DNA from: Amoebophrya sp. A120 | Taxonomy: Eukaryota; Protista; Dinoflagellata | Assembly (NCBI GenBank): GCA_905178155.1 | Contig: CAJINV010000015.1 | Coordinates: 705,309 to 769,308 of the forward strand | Length of the DNA: 64,000 nucleotides | Direction: 5' to 3' | Shown: positions 21,385 to 32,765 of the stretch, piece after piece | Position numbering within the stretch: position 1 is the first letter of the stretch | Layout: each line of letters starts with the position of its first letter | The notes under the pieces: model-generated | What the model was told of the DNA's origin: nothing | Seen by the model: the letters and a program-made list of their open reading frames with translations, nothing else | Databases searched by the model: none | Position numbers and translations under genes: made by a program

Positions 21385-23608
21385 CTACATACTATAAAAT
21401 ATTGCTGTTTGTCGAAGGCTGAAGAGATTGCCCTGCAGCTTGTATTTCTGCGACTCTAACTGGAAGACCCGACCCCGATCCCGACTACTTGTCGCGAGAC
21501 GTATAGGTTCTATAACTATCGTCCGATTTCTTACAGTACTTCTTTCCGTGGCCGCCCAGTATTTTTGCCATACAATGTTGACACTCCAGGAGGAATTTTT
21601 AAATATCGCAATGTTGCTCCTGATCAGATGATGTCTCACTACTTGAAGGATGAAGAAAAGTTTTTCCCAAATGCGCATTCCAACATAACCTCGCGACCCA
21701 GTCGCTAGTTTCTTCCAGAAGTTCCACGTACTGAAATTCAGGAAAGCTATCCGGAGGGGCTCCTTCGGGTTGATGTGTAGTCGGAGTTCTTGTTCCGACA
21801 GAAACTACCAATCGAGGATTGGCCTTTTCGCAGGAGGATGAGGAACGCGCTGAGGATGGTGACGCGGCGGCTGGATTTGCCTTTCTTGCTTCGATAAAGG
21901 ACTCTTTGTGGAGCGCGCAAAACTGGTTCCAGTGTGTGTCGAACGAAGCCTCCAGTCGCACCATTTTGTCCTCTAGATCTTTGCCATGCGGAAGGTCAGT
22001 CAGATCAAGATCCGTCTTGTCCCGAGACCACTGATCCACCTGAGCTTTGGTGGAGAGTTGGTTGAATGCTTGCCAAAACTCGTCCAGAAAGCGCACATAA
22101 TAGCCCTTGAGTTCGTCTTCGTACGCTAGCTGCTCGTATCAAAGCAAAACAAAAACAAAGGGACCGCCGCCTCATATTTGTCTATGCAAACGCCTCAGAG
22201 CTGTCCTGTCCCACAAAACAATTTCTTTGTCTGTTGGTGTCGGGCGAGTAGATCACGGAAAAGCTGCGATCTTTATTTCTCGTGGTGTATCACTATCATC
22301 CCGAGACAGAGTACACAAATGGAAATCGAAATTATGTCAAAAGCAAGCCACGCCGCAACAGCGCTGGCGAGTCGCCGGTGACAGACGTTGCAAAGATGAA
22401 TTAGAGCAAAAACCAGAACATATAGATGAGGAGCTCCACCGGACGAGAAATGTATAAACCTTCAACCTGTACGAGCCTTAATGAGACAAAGACAAACCAT
22501 TCGTCCACTCAGGACGAACAGAAGCATGATGGTGCTTCTGATGCTCCTTCAAATTCGTTGAATATTATTTACTTAAGAAAGTAGGTGGCAGGGAGAGGGA
22601 CTTCGACTTGTTTTAACAAACATAGACATACAAACAAGCTGCAACATGCTATCTCAATACACTTCATTCGTGTAGTACAAAAGACCTTTGCTTGCGTGTT
22701 TCCCCACCCTGAACTGGATGCCAATTGAAATATACTCATAAGCAGTGCCATATTTGGCGGCGATTCCAGGGAAAAAAAAATTGATCTGATAAGTTCATCT
22801 CCCGGCTCACATGATTGTGTTCGTGTTCATCATCCTGTAGTGCTGAAACTAATTCGCGGTACGGTGTGCGGGTGCGCAAAAAAACGCTGCCCTCTTGAAG
22901 ATTCCCTTGAAAGCAATCGCGGAGACGTCTCTCGAAACAACCCTCACTCAAAGTCGGAATGGCGCGCGCTTTCCATTCGGTCTCTTTTTGAGTCAAGTAT
23001 GCGTCCAGATGGAGGCCAGCGTGAAGTTTTTTCTTGGTTTCGGCGGATATCCAAAAGGGGTGGTCACCGGCATCGCCTTCTCTCGCACTGGGGTTTCGAT
23101 ACATCTTAGTAAACAACTGCTGAATGTAATTTTTCTGGCGCTCGCTACTTGTGTAAAAGTCCCACAACTTCTCGTCGATTTCGTTCGTTGCGGGATGGAC
23201 TTGAACAAAGGGCGTCACCTTTTCCGCGCATGAAGTAGCTTCGGCTTCATCCATCTCGTCGGGATACGTGTTACAGAAGTCTTCGACGACTGCGCTGGCA
23301 AGTCGTTTTTGTCTGTCCACTAGGGACTTGGGAGGGGCACCTTGGGCGGCGCCTGGTACTGTGTCTGTGTCGCCCGGCATTGTTTCACCTGGTCCGCTGC
23401 AGAACTCCTTGAGCAGGTATTTTTGTCTGTCTCTCGGAAGCATCACCCATAATTTTTCGAACTGGAGCTGACCAAAAACAGTGCCCTCGTATCCCGAGGT
23501 TTTGGCGTCCGCACTCGGGGGTGGGGCCCACGCACACGAAGTTATACCGGCTGTCGTCCCAAAGAGCTGAAAAGCCGTTTGGGAAGCGAGCGACGCGAAC
23601 CACGCCAT
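21385..23608 (-). CDS. Hypothetical protein, probably multi-exon (ORFs 22736..23608 and 21599..22096)
   Basis: ATG-initiated 290-aa ORF and a downstream 165-aa ORF on the same strand; joins not resolved. Confidence 0.55.
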
Positions 23609-25295
23609 TGCGACGTTGGTTTTTCTTCACCTGTAGTTTCACTTGCAAAACTATGGAGCTGAGGGTGATGCTGCAGAGCACGATGCTCCGTTGGTCAAGA
23701 AGAAGAGCCGATTTATTGCTCCTTCAAAGATGGTCTACGCCGTTACTCCAGTTCCGAAGTGGTTCATTCCGTTGCGCCAGACTTCAATCTGATGGATGGC
23801 CGCAGGTGCAGGACTAATATTCACAACACCGCTCCTTGAGCCGCTCCCACCTCCTCATGATCAAGAGAAGCAACATCTTTTCTAGTTGTACATCATCAAA
23901 AAGGGGGTGGACAATACGACCGTAGCAGCAGGTTTCCTGTGTTTATTAATGATCAGATCTTGTAGAAGAGGGAGAGGACGTACGAGCTCGGAGTAGAAAC
24001 AAACTGCTGGCTTAATGATTGATGTAAGTGAAGAAACGAAGCCAACCACACGGTAATTGAGCAGATTGTTTTTTCATGATATCATCCACGGTGAAAAACG
24101 GGCCGCGGGCGATCAGCGGCACACCTGGATGCTTGTTAGTTGTCGCCGAGTAAATGCTTGTTAGTTGGCGTTTAGAAATTGATGTAAGAGACGGACAGGG
24201 TGTAACGAAGATAGGGCGCAGAATATCGCGTCACTGAGGGCGCAGAATATAGAGTTGTTTCCGGGTGAAATAAACTCCTGTAATCGAGATGGTGGAAATC
24301 GAAATTAATAGCGGTCGTGTTCTCGTGTTGTGCTTTATACGGTGATCGATGATCAGATCTATCCATATTCGAATTCTTCTGATAATGGCTGAAAAGTATA
24401 ATCAGAGGACGAGGCAGCCCACTGCTGCAGCTGCAAAGAAATGTTAACTTTGCAGGTTCTGCAGCGACCATCCCTGCTCGCCTTCTTGCACGAAAGAGCA
24501 TGTTTGCAAATGTACGACACGATGATGGAACTACGAAGCGCAAAGCCGAAGTATTAATCGCAGCACGATATCTTCAAGCGAGACCGATTTTACGTATTCA
24601 CGGTTGTTAACGCGGCTAACCGAAATCAAGAGTAGCAAGAAAAGAGGTAACCGAACACGAGAGCGGGACCGACGGGCCATGCACAGAACATCAAAAAACA
24701 AATAAATGTACAAGTATATACGAAACAGAAACTCAAACTTCATCTTCCAAAATGGAAGCAGCATTAGTACGACCGAAACGCTATTAACGCAGGGCGGGCG
24801 GCGCGCCGTCGGCGAACCAACGAAGCATGGTGTTGATAGTGGACTTGCGGACCTCGATCTCGCTTTCTACGAAATTATCGCAAGCATCAAATTGGTGCCT
24901 TCACGACAACCGACCTGCCTTACGACCACGCTTTTGCAAACCGAGGAAACGGAAGAAATTTGCTTCTTCGTTGAGACAGCGCATGCTAAACTCTACGCAT
25001 GCAAATAAGCACGCGAACCACATAGACCGATCACATGAAGTGGAGGTGCTCAACGTTTTCCTTTGTTTCCTGCAGCTCGCTCTCGCACTAAACAAGCAAC
25101 AACAAGAACTCGTCCTGGCCCGAAAATGTTCGCCGCAACAAAAACTCCTTGCGCAGCTCGGAGGCTGTAAATATTTTTTTTCGACTCATGCCAGGAACAG
25201 TCCAGGCACTTCCAATCGATAAATCTAAATTAATATGGGGACATCAAAAGCAAAGACGATCTTCGTCTTCTTCATGATTAACATTCGACCACACA

Positions 25296-26405
25296 CTAAT
25301 TTTGATTTTTGAGTTTCCGAGCAACAAAGTAAAGCAGCTCGTCTTCTCGTTCTTCGGTCTTCTTGTTCGTGACCTGGGGTTCATGATTCCACGTCGAGAG
25401 AAATGCTCCTGTTCTTGACGGAGAAGGAGATTTGTCAAAGTGGTCCTCCCCCGGTACTTCTTCATGCCGTTCTTCTTCAACAACACTCCCACCGCATCCA
25501 CGTGGCTTCGCACTGTCCCTTCCGGCTTTTGCAGCCTTGCAGTGCTCCTGTCCACCACGTCCCGCCACCAAAAACTCCAACTTTTCGACCCGCCCACACT
25601 GCACGACCAGCGCCGCACACAACTTGTAAAAAGACCGGCGCAGCTTCAAACTGATCAGATTTTGCATCTGTTCGCTGCAAGTGGTGCTGTGGTCGTGGTC
25701 GTGATGGAGCAAGAGAACAAGCGGATCAATATTATGTGGTCTATCCTCCACGACGAAAAAGAACTTCCTTTCCAAACGCTTTACCTTCGCGAGGAGAAAA
25801 GTCGTCAGATGTTGCGACAGGCCTTGAGGGTACGAGGAAGATGTTGGTAAGGTGGTGGAATAGGACGCGCCACGAGCTCCGCATTGCGTCGGTCCAGCAG
25901 CTGGTGGCCCGCCCGCCGTGGAGGTAGTTGTACTACCCTGGTGCTGGTCGCTCTCTTTGTTGATTACTGTGTTTGTGCTGCTCTGTACTGTGGTCATGTG
26001 ATCGCTACTTTTACCGTCGTAATTATCAAAAAGCGGTGTCACACGGCAACTCTTGATGTCCTCAGGTTTGTTGTTGTACAACGTCCGTCCATTGCTAGTG
26101 CTATCCTGTCCGCCAGGTTCATTCATCTTCGTCCTGTAGTCTTCAAGGAGCACAGCCGTCAATTCCCCTGCTAGAGCGCTACTAACGGTGTGGAACAGGG
26201 GTGAAAAAACGTCGGGCGGATCACGATCAACATGCTCCGCAGCTGCACGACCTGCAGATGTACCTGGTCGTGCTTGTCCGGTGTCATTATCGCTTGTTCT
26301 AGTGGTCGAATGTAGAAGTTGTCCAGGAGGAGCTGCAGTAGTACTACTAGCTACTGCACACGAGCCTCTTCGGCTGAAATAGATACTGACAAACTCCGGT
26401 ATCAA
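25296..26405 (-). CDS. Low-complexity hypothetical protein exon
   Basis: 369-aa open frame, S/T/G-rich; probably part of one large gene with the two upstream ORFs. Confidence 0.55.
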   Translation of the reverse strand: MIPEFVSIYFSRRGSCAVASSTTAAPPGQLLHSTTRTSDNDTGQARPGTSAGRAAAEHVDRDPPDVFSPLFHTVSSALAGELTAVLLEDYRTKMNEPGGQDSTSNGRTLYNNKPEDIKSCRVTPLFDNYDGKSSDHMTTVQSSTNTVINKESDQHQGSTTTSTAGGPPAAGPTQCGARGASYSTTLPTSSSYPQGLSQHLTTFLLAKVKRLERKFFFVVEDRPHNIDPLVLLLHHDHDHSTTCSEQMQNLISLKLRRSFYKLCAALVVQCGRVEKLEFLVAGRGGQEHCKAAKAGRDSAKPRGCGGSVVEEERHEEVPGEDHFDKSPSPSRTGAFLSTWNHEPQVTNKKTEEREDELLYFVARKLKNQN

Positions 26406-26756
26406 ATCTTCGATTTTTCGCCGAAATTCCCGACTGCGAACGGGGATGCAAGGAGGATATGCGATGGAAAACCATGAAAGTAGTCAAGATGATCTTCACT
26501 ACAACCAGCAACCCATTCGATTTTTATTGCTGGTCTTCGTTTACAACGATGCAAAAATGGTAATATACGAGCCCAGCCTCAGTTCTACTCCATGATCTTC
26601 GACGTTTGATTGATTCTTATGCTCCTCTGCAATTATGATCACAGCACGAACTACAGCATCAAGAAAAGTTTCGACGCAGTCCCAGTGACTGTTGGGTTTT
26701 TTCTATATTCCTTTTCTTGATGTCGTGGTTGTTAAGATTGACTATGAGTAGGGTTT

Positions 26757-29420
26757 TCACGAGCATACTGCGGCAACGCTGGGGTCGTAGTTCGTCTTCG
26801 CGGTATTTTTACAGCTCTCCGTAGTTCTTGCAGCGGTAGTACTTCCATCTTCACCTGCTTGTTGATGTTTCCTTTCTCGTAAAAGCGACGAGGAAGAAGT
26901 AGCGGAGTTGCCCGCGGCTACCTGCTCCATCTTGTTCGAGGTCTTGTGCAACTGCTGGCAACTTTCCGGCGCCATTTGAGATCGTCCCCCTGGTAGCACT
27001 GGTGGACCAGCATTTTGATTTTGGTCACGCGCGGCTTCACCGCCTCCGTGTGTGGCGGAGGCGGCAGTCGGAGATGTTGTTGAAAAACTGCCCACTACTT
27101 CGCTGGTGTTCATCGTGCCGTGCGGCTGGAGCGCTCGTCCGGTAAAGTGCTGCACAATCCATCTGAAGTTCTGATACTGCACGCAGCGCAATTCCGCCAA
27201 CGCTTTCGCATCGTCAAACAGTTTATTTCTGCACAGTTTCAGTTGGCGCTTTGCTTCCTTCGAAAGAACGATGGTCCTCTGCTCGGTTTTGTCAATATGT
27301 TTCTTTCCACCAGCGGCTGCACCAGAACAAGCATTTGGATTTGCAGCAACCCCGGTGGGGTCCAGCCGCGGTGAAACCGATGTTGACGCCGCAGGTGCTC
27401 CTAGCCCAGATGCGACAAGACCCGCTGCTGCGCCGCCGGCTGTGGAAGAATCTGTTGTGTCGTTGTCGTCTATCATGCCGCCTGCTCGGTGTCGACAGTG
27501 TAGTTGCTGGTCTCCGTCAGTGTCGTAATTTGATGCTTTCTGCTGCTCGAAAACTTTTTTATCAAAACACCGCTGCGAGACCAACAACCGCAGAAACTCG
27601 TAACAGAAAAACACAACGAGGTAGTTGTTAGGTGAATCATTCTGGTGGCCTGCGTGGCCTCCCCCTCCTGTTACTCGTCCGGAGGAGGTTCTGCACTTTG
27701 TACTACCTCCATCTTCGTCTTCTGGAGAGGCGGGTCGCTTCTCGTATGACATTTTCGTGCGTCGGCTATTTTCACCACCAGCATCTGAAGATTCTGCTCG
27801 TGAGTGCGCCGGTCCTGCTGTTCCTCGTGAACGTGATGGTGATTTCTCTTCGATGAAACGACGAACCGACAGCGAGTGCTTCACTTGTTTGAAAAACAGT
27901 ACCTCGGGCTGCGGCCGGATGAAGTTGTTTATGTTTTTGTGTGAACAGCTGCTAGAAACCGTGTTGAAAAAAAAATAAAGTGCCTGTTCTTTCGAACCGA
28001 CCATCTGCAATCCGGCTTCGAGAAACAGGGAGAAAACCAATTCCCAGGAAGTAGAGCTGGAGCTTTTAGTTTTTCTCGGGCGTGGAAGCGGGGCAAGAGC
28101 ATGGTCACCGCCACCACGGTCACCAGCATCTTCATTGCTCAACATCCTCGAGGGTCTTACTTCTACTTCACCGTCATCGTCCTCCCCTCGTCCAGATGGT
28201 AAGACTGTCACTTTTCCCCCGTAGTTTCGCGAGCTGCTTGTAGTAGGTCTTCTTCGACCACTGCTGGCACAACAACTATTGGACGCAATGATCGCGCTGC
28301 GAATCAAGTCCAAGACGCCCAAAGGAACGACGCCCAAGTCAATGAAACTTGTTGGAGTTCTTGTGCTGTCACTGTCAACATCTTCTCCGGCTGCAACTTG
28401 ACCGCTTTTCCTCATCTTCGTAAGAGTAGTAGAGCCTCCTGCTGTATTTCCCGGCGAGGCTTTATCGTCGCTCTTCCTCGCGGAGGTCCTCAAAGGAGAA
28501 CTTTTCCGCCCGCCCGCAGTGGATGACGATGAAAACACAGACTTGACCTTCGTCAGAGCTGAGCCCAAGGAAGAGGACGTCGGGGAGGATGTAGTTGAAA
28601 CGCCAGCAGCACCCCCTCCTCCCACTCCACCTGCTAATGCCATCGCGTGATTATTGCTGTCGTTACCAAGTAGTAGCCCGGCTTTCACCCTGCGAGACTC
28701 GGCGTTCAAAAACAGCAGTAAATCCACCGTTTTCAGTAGGAACCGGGAAATGGAAATTTTGTTCGGTCGTTTTGATGTCGAAAACAAGTTGGCACGACTC
28801 GTTCCCGAAGCTGCTGGCCGCGCGGGCGTCTCCTGATTGACAGCATCAAGCTCGTTGCTCGGGTTCGCGCTGCCCTGCTCGTCGTCCTCGTTTGCAACCG
28901 TCATGTAAATTTCATCTGTAGAAGTTGTTTTCAACATCAACCTGTCCGCCAAAAACCGCACGCATTCTTCGGCGGTCGCGAACGATTTCTGCACCAATTG
29001 AAAGTACTCCCAGGGGGTGCAGCAAAGTTCGAGACGAGCTGGTGTGTTGTTCGACGAGGAGGTGCAGGTGGTCCTTGTATCATGTTTCAATTTCGTTCTT
29101 CGCGTGCTCGGAGTTTTTTTGACGGAGCAGGTGGTCATCCCCCCGTGGCCAGCGGTAACAACTGGGGTGGTGTTACCTTCGGCAGATTGTTTCGATGTGG
29201 TCGTGATGTTCACCCTGGTCGTCGTTGACGTTCTATCGGTCCCCTCGAAGTTCTCCCCGCCCTTTCCATCCCCTCCGCTACCGCTTGATTCGGTCTCTGC
29301 ATGACAGCTTTGTTCCTTGGAGGTTTCATCTCCATCGGTACTAGAGAGATCCTCCGCATCAGATGCACTGCTCGAAGAGGTGGTGAGGCTTATCCCCTTT
29401 GATGAAAAGAGCGGCCGCAA
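26757..29420 (-). CDS. Large S/T/G/A-rich hypothetical protein exon
   Basis: 887-aa open frame; no domain recognised. Confidence 0.7.
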   Translation of the reverse strand: MRPLFSSKGISLTTSSSSASDAEDLSSTDGDETSKEQSCHAETESSGSGGDGKGGENFEGTDRTSTTTRVNITTTSKQSAEGNTTPVVTAGHGGMTTCSVKKTPSTRRTKLKHDTRTTCTSSSNNTPARLELCCTPWEYFQLVQKSFATAEECVRFLADRLMLKTTSTDEIYMTVANEDDEQGSANPSNELDAVNQETPARPAASGTSRANLFSTSKRPNKISISRFLLKTVDLLLFLNAESRRVKAGLLLGNDSNNHAMALAGGVGGGGAAGVSTTSSPTSSSLGSALTKVKSVFSSSSTAGGRKSSPLRTSARKSDDKASPGNTAGGSTTLTKMRKSGQVAAGEDVDSDSTRTPTSFIDLGVVPLGVLDLIRSAIIASNSCCASSGRRRPTTSSSRNYGGKVTVLPSGRGEDDDGEVEVRPSRMLSNEDAGDRGGGDHALAPLPRPRKTKSSSSTSWELVFSLFLEAGLQMVGSKEQALYFFFNTVSSSCSHKNINNFIRPQPEVLFFKQVKHSLSVRRFIEEKSPSRSRGTAGPAHSRAESSDAGGENSRRTKMSYEKRPASPEDEDGGSTKCRTSSGRVTGGGGHAGHQNDSPNNYLVVFFCYEFLRLLVSQRCFDKKVFEQQKASNYDTDGDQQLHCRHRAGGMIDDNDTTDSSTAGGAAAGLVASGLGAPAASTSVSPRLDPTGVAANPNACSGAAAGGKKHIDKTEQRTIVLSKEAKRQLKLCRNKLFDDAKALAELRCVQYQNFRWIVQHFTGRALQPHGTMNTSEVVGSFSTTSPTAASATHGGGEAARDQNQNAGPPVLPGGRSQMAPESCQQLHKTSNKMEQVAAGNSATSSSSLLRERKHQQAGEDGSTTAARTTESCKNTAKTNYDPSVAAVCS

Positions 29421-29871
29421 CAGCCATCATCGTCCATACCTGAATTTGTCATGCGGAGTGACATACTCATACTAAAGCAAAAGTTACATCAGCAGGCTTT
29501 ATGCACTTCCACTTGTTGTGCGGCATTACAAATTCGAACGACGTCGCCGGCACATCGACACTAATTTCCTACGCCTAAAACTCGAATTCTCCTCGAGTTC
29601 CTCATCGAATCGCGCAACGAGCTCTTGAAACGTCTCGTCCGGGATGTGCAAGGGGAAAATACTTGGAACGCACAATGTTTTTAGGGATCATTTGTCCTCG
29701 CTGCGATTCAAATGATGTTTCATGCATCAAAAAATCAAGACAAGTTGTCTTGCGAGGACTACATCTACAGCTACACCAAGCATTGTTCTTGGTGCTAGTG
29801 ATGCAGGAGGAAATTTAAGGTTGGATCAACATAATTGCTTCGTCCCCATGTCGTGAGCAGCGCTCCTGTAT

Positions 29872-32046
29872 TTATTTCCGAGCGTATTTCGTCAAATAGT
29901 CCAGTGCGTGATCCGCGGCACAACGCCCCCCACTGCTGGGCAGCTGCGTGTCGTTCTGCATAATTCGTCCTCGTCCTGCTCCAGCTCCAACTCGTCCAGC
30001 ATAGTTGCCGTTATCTTTCTTGTTCGCCGTAGAGAGCACCCCCGTCCCTGTCCCCAACATCCGCCTTTCTTGCGCGAAGTACGACGGCGGCTGGATCGCG
30101 TGGCTGATGGCCAGGGGTTTGGTTTTTATTTTTGATCTTGACGAGGCCCCGTTGATATTCCGGCTGGAAAAACTAAACGCACTTGCTCCACCACCACCAG
30201 CGACGAGGGGGGCAAAATTGCAACTCCCCGTCTGGTAATTCTGCACTTGCGCCAGCCAAGATTCCACTTGGCCTCGGAAGTACAGGAGTTGCCGGTTCTC
30301 CGGACTGCTTTCAAGTTCGATAAGTTTTAAAGAGCTGGAGACAGAAGGAGATGAACCAGTTTGGGTTAGCGGGTTTGAACAACCGGTGGTGTTCTTTTGG
30401 AAGTAGTTCCCGCAAGGGTTATTTCCAGATCCCGTCTTTGAAGATTCTTGAGAGTGTAAAATGCGGTGAAGGAAGTAGGTCACATCGGGTTGCGATGCTG
30501 GTGCGCCTGCTGTACTAGCTGCAAGAGTAACATGATGTTGCAAGAGTTGATAAACTTGTGGTTGGCCGCCATCTGGATGACGATGATGATGAAGGAGCTC
30601 CAACTTTTTCTCCAACTCCTCTCGACTAACGTGCCACCATGGTTTTTTCTTCTCCACCGCCTGTTCGTGCTGTTCTCTTTCTTCTTTATGTCCATTCGCT
30701 TTTGTTCCATGCTTGTGCTGTTGCTGTACTGCGATGTTTGCAATTTCGCCACGTCCTTGTAGTTTCAACAATGTCGGATGATCAGCCTCTTGACTGCGAC
30801 TGAGGTCGTCTTGCAAGACAGACGAATGTTCTTTTTCATTGGCTGAGAGTACGTGGGCATCCTCCTTACTAGGATGATCTCCCGCTTGTCGATGATGTAG
30901 TCCTGTTGCACGACCACCGGAAGCAAGCTCAGGCTCGCAAGCGCAACTGGCTTGTGCTTGTTCTTTCATAACCAGTCCTGCAGGGAATGGGAAATCCGGA
31001 TCGGCCCCGCCCTTTCCATCTAGGCCCCTTGGCGCGATGCCACGCTGGTGGTCCTGGTGGTCCCGGGAGGACCCTTCATGCGGGATGACTTCTAGCGGCT
31101 CCTGCTGTTCCAACAGTTGCTGGCTAGTACAGACCTCCTGCACTGCAAGTGCCTGCGCATCCGTTTTGCAGACTTCACTTCTACTTCCTTCGCTGTCCGG
31201 CCCCTGTTTCTCGAGCCATTGGTGCAAATCGTTTTCCGTATTGAAACAGCCCTGCTCGCCTTCACCTGCAATCAATCCCGCGTATCTTGCTGCCAGCTGC
31301 AGAACGCACGCAGCTGGTGCCGAGTCAACATGGTCGCGGTTGTCAGAAGCGTCACCGTGTAGTTCAGCAGTTTCAACAACTGCAGAGCCAGAGGCACTAG
31401 CTGGTCCTGCTTGGTTCTCTACATGATCCTCCGTCAACAGTGTTCGTCCGGCCTCATTGTCATTTCGCTCGTCCCGCCCGAGCAAGTCGTCTCCTCGTGG
31501 CCGACGTCCACGGGAAATGTTTCCGAACAAAAACCCGACTTTCTCCCCCGCACTCAAATGTTTGTTTGCCAGAATCAAAGCAATTGCTGTTTCTAAGATT
31601 GAAACATGTTCTGCAGCTGCAGCAGCAGCAGGAGGAGCATCAGCAGGTGCAGGATCAGAGCCTCCAGCTACTAGTTGGTCTCGATGTGTTGAAGATATCA
31701 ACCCTCCAGACGCAGAACAAATCGCCTCATGCAGCTCCTCTCGCAACCGTTGCCAACTACTGGCGAAAGCCGCTTTGAAGCGAGAGCGGGAGACCAAGTC
31801 GAACAGTTCCCAGGATTCCAACTCAGGGAACCTCAAATTACGACACGATGTTGAGGATGTCGCAGTTCTTTTTGCCAACACCAAATTTTCTCGTATCCTC
31901 CCCTCATTTTCGTCGAGGAGAAGGTCGAAAAAGGCGGTTGGTAGGTTCCCCCAAATTCGGTGGTCGCGGAGGAGGGTGTAAGTAGTGGTCTTTTTTTTTG
32001 TGCACGTCGGGTGTACAGTCGCGGGGTTGGAGGCAGTCGCCTCCAT
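29872..32046 (-). CDS. Large low-complexity hypothetical protein exon
   Basis: 724-aa ATG-initiated ORF (context GCCGCCACCATGG). Confidence 0.7.
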   Translation of the reverse strand: MEATASNPATVHPTCTKKKTTTYTLLRDHRIWGNLPTAFFDLLLDENEGRIRENLVLAKRTATSSTSCRNLRFPELESWELFDLVSRSRFKAAFASSWQRLREELHEAICSASGGLISSTHRDQLVAGGSDPAPADAPPAAAAAAEHVSILETAIALILANKHLSAGEKVGFLFGNISRGRRPRGDDLLGRDERNDNEAGRTLLTEDHVENQAGPASASGSAVVETAELHGDASDNRDHVDSAPAACVLQLAARYAGLIAGEGEQGCFNTENDLHQWLEKQGPDSEGSRSEVCKTDAQALAVQEVCTSQQLLEQQEPLEVIPHEGSSRDHQDHQRGIAPRGLDGKGGADPDFPFPAGLVMKEQAQASCACEPELASGGRATGLHHRQAGDHPSKEDAHVLSANEKEHSSVLQDDLSRSQEADHPTLLKLQGRGEIANIAVQQQHKHGTKANGHKEEREQHEQAVEKKKPWWHVSREELEKKLELLHHHRHPDGGQPQVYQLLQHHVTLAASTAGAPASQPDVTYFLHRILHSQESSKTGSGNNPCGNYFQKNTTGCSNPLTQTGSSPSVSSSLKLIELESSPENRQLLYFRGQVESWLAQVQNYQTGSCNFAPLVAGGGGASAFSFSSRNINGASSRSKIKTKPLAISHAIQPPSYFAQERRMLGTGTGVLSTANKKDNGNYAGRVGAGAGRGRIMQNDTQLPSSGGRCAADHALDYLTKYARK

Positions 32047-32765
32047 GGTGGCGGCCTTAGTTTGAAAATAATCCGTGTTTTGTTTACCTCATTGTCATTC
32101 TTTCACACGTTTATTGCGCTGGCTTAACCAACGGAGGAAAAAAAAGGAAGTTTGAAGATCTTCGGTAAGCTCAAAGAGCTGACGTGTTTGTTTGCTCTTG
32201 ATCGTGATCATCATAGACCGTCAGCTGTGAGTGCGTGTGCGACTCTTTGAGTTTCGAAAAAAAAGGACGGAAGTCAGTGGGCAGCGAGCTCCGTCTCTCT
32301 CCAAGCTCTCGCGTTGTTTCATGTTCAACAGCTACGGCTCCACTAGCCGCAGCTGCTTCTTTCTGAAGGCTCGTCGTGGCTGCAACAAAAAAAAACAAGA
32401 AGATCATCTTCACTCATCATCGTCGTGATATAGAAACACTGCAGCTCCTCAGCGCTGGTGGCACAACGACCATGATATTGATGGCGGGACACAATGGTGG
32501 TCACGACATTTTTCTCGCGCAGCAGCATAGTTAGAAAATCAAACCGCTACTTCTACTTCAGCTGAGACGACGAGTTCAACTTCGTTAAGTACGGTTACAG
32601 GTACAGCAACAGGGAGCTCCCAAATTCGTACATGAAGTTGGACTTTAGCCGGCGGTCCTCCTGTTCAACATTTTACAAAGAAACACAAAAGAGCGACCAT
32701 TTATTGGTCGTCAGATCATACATTCTTCTGAGCAGGACGAGTCCTGAAGACATCTTTCAAGAACT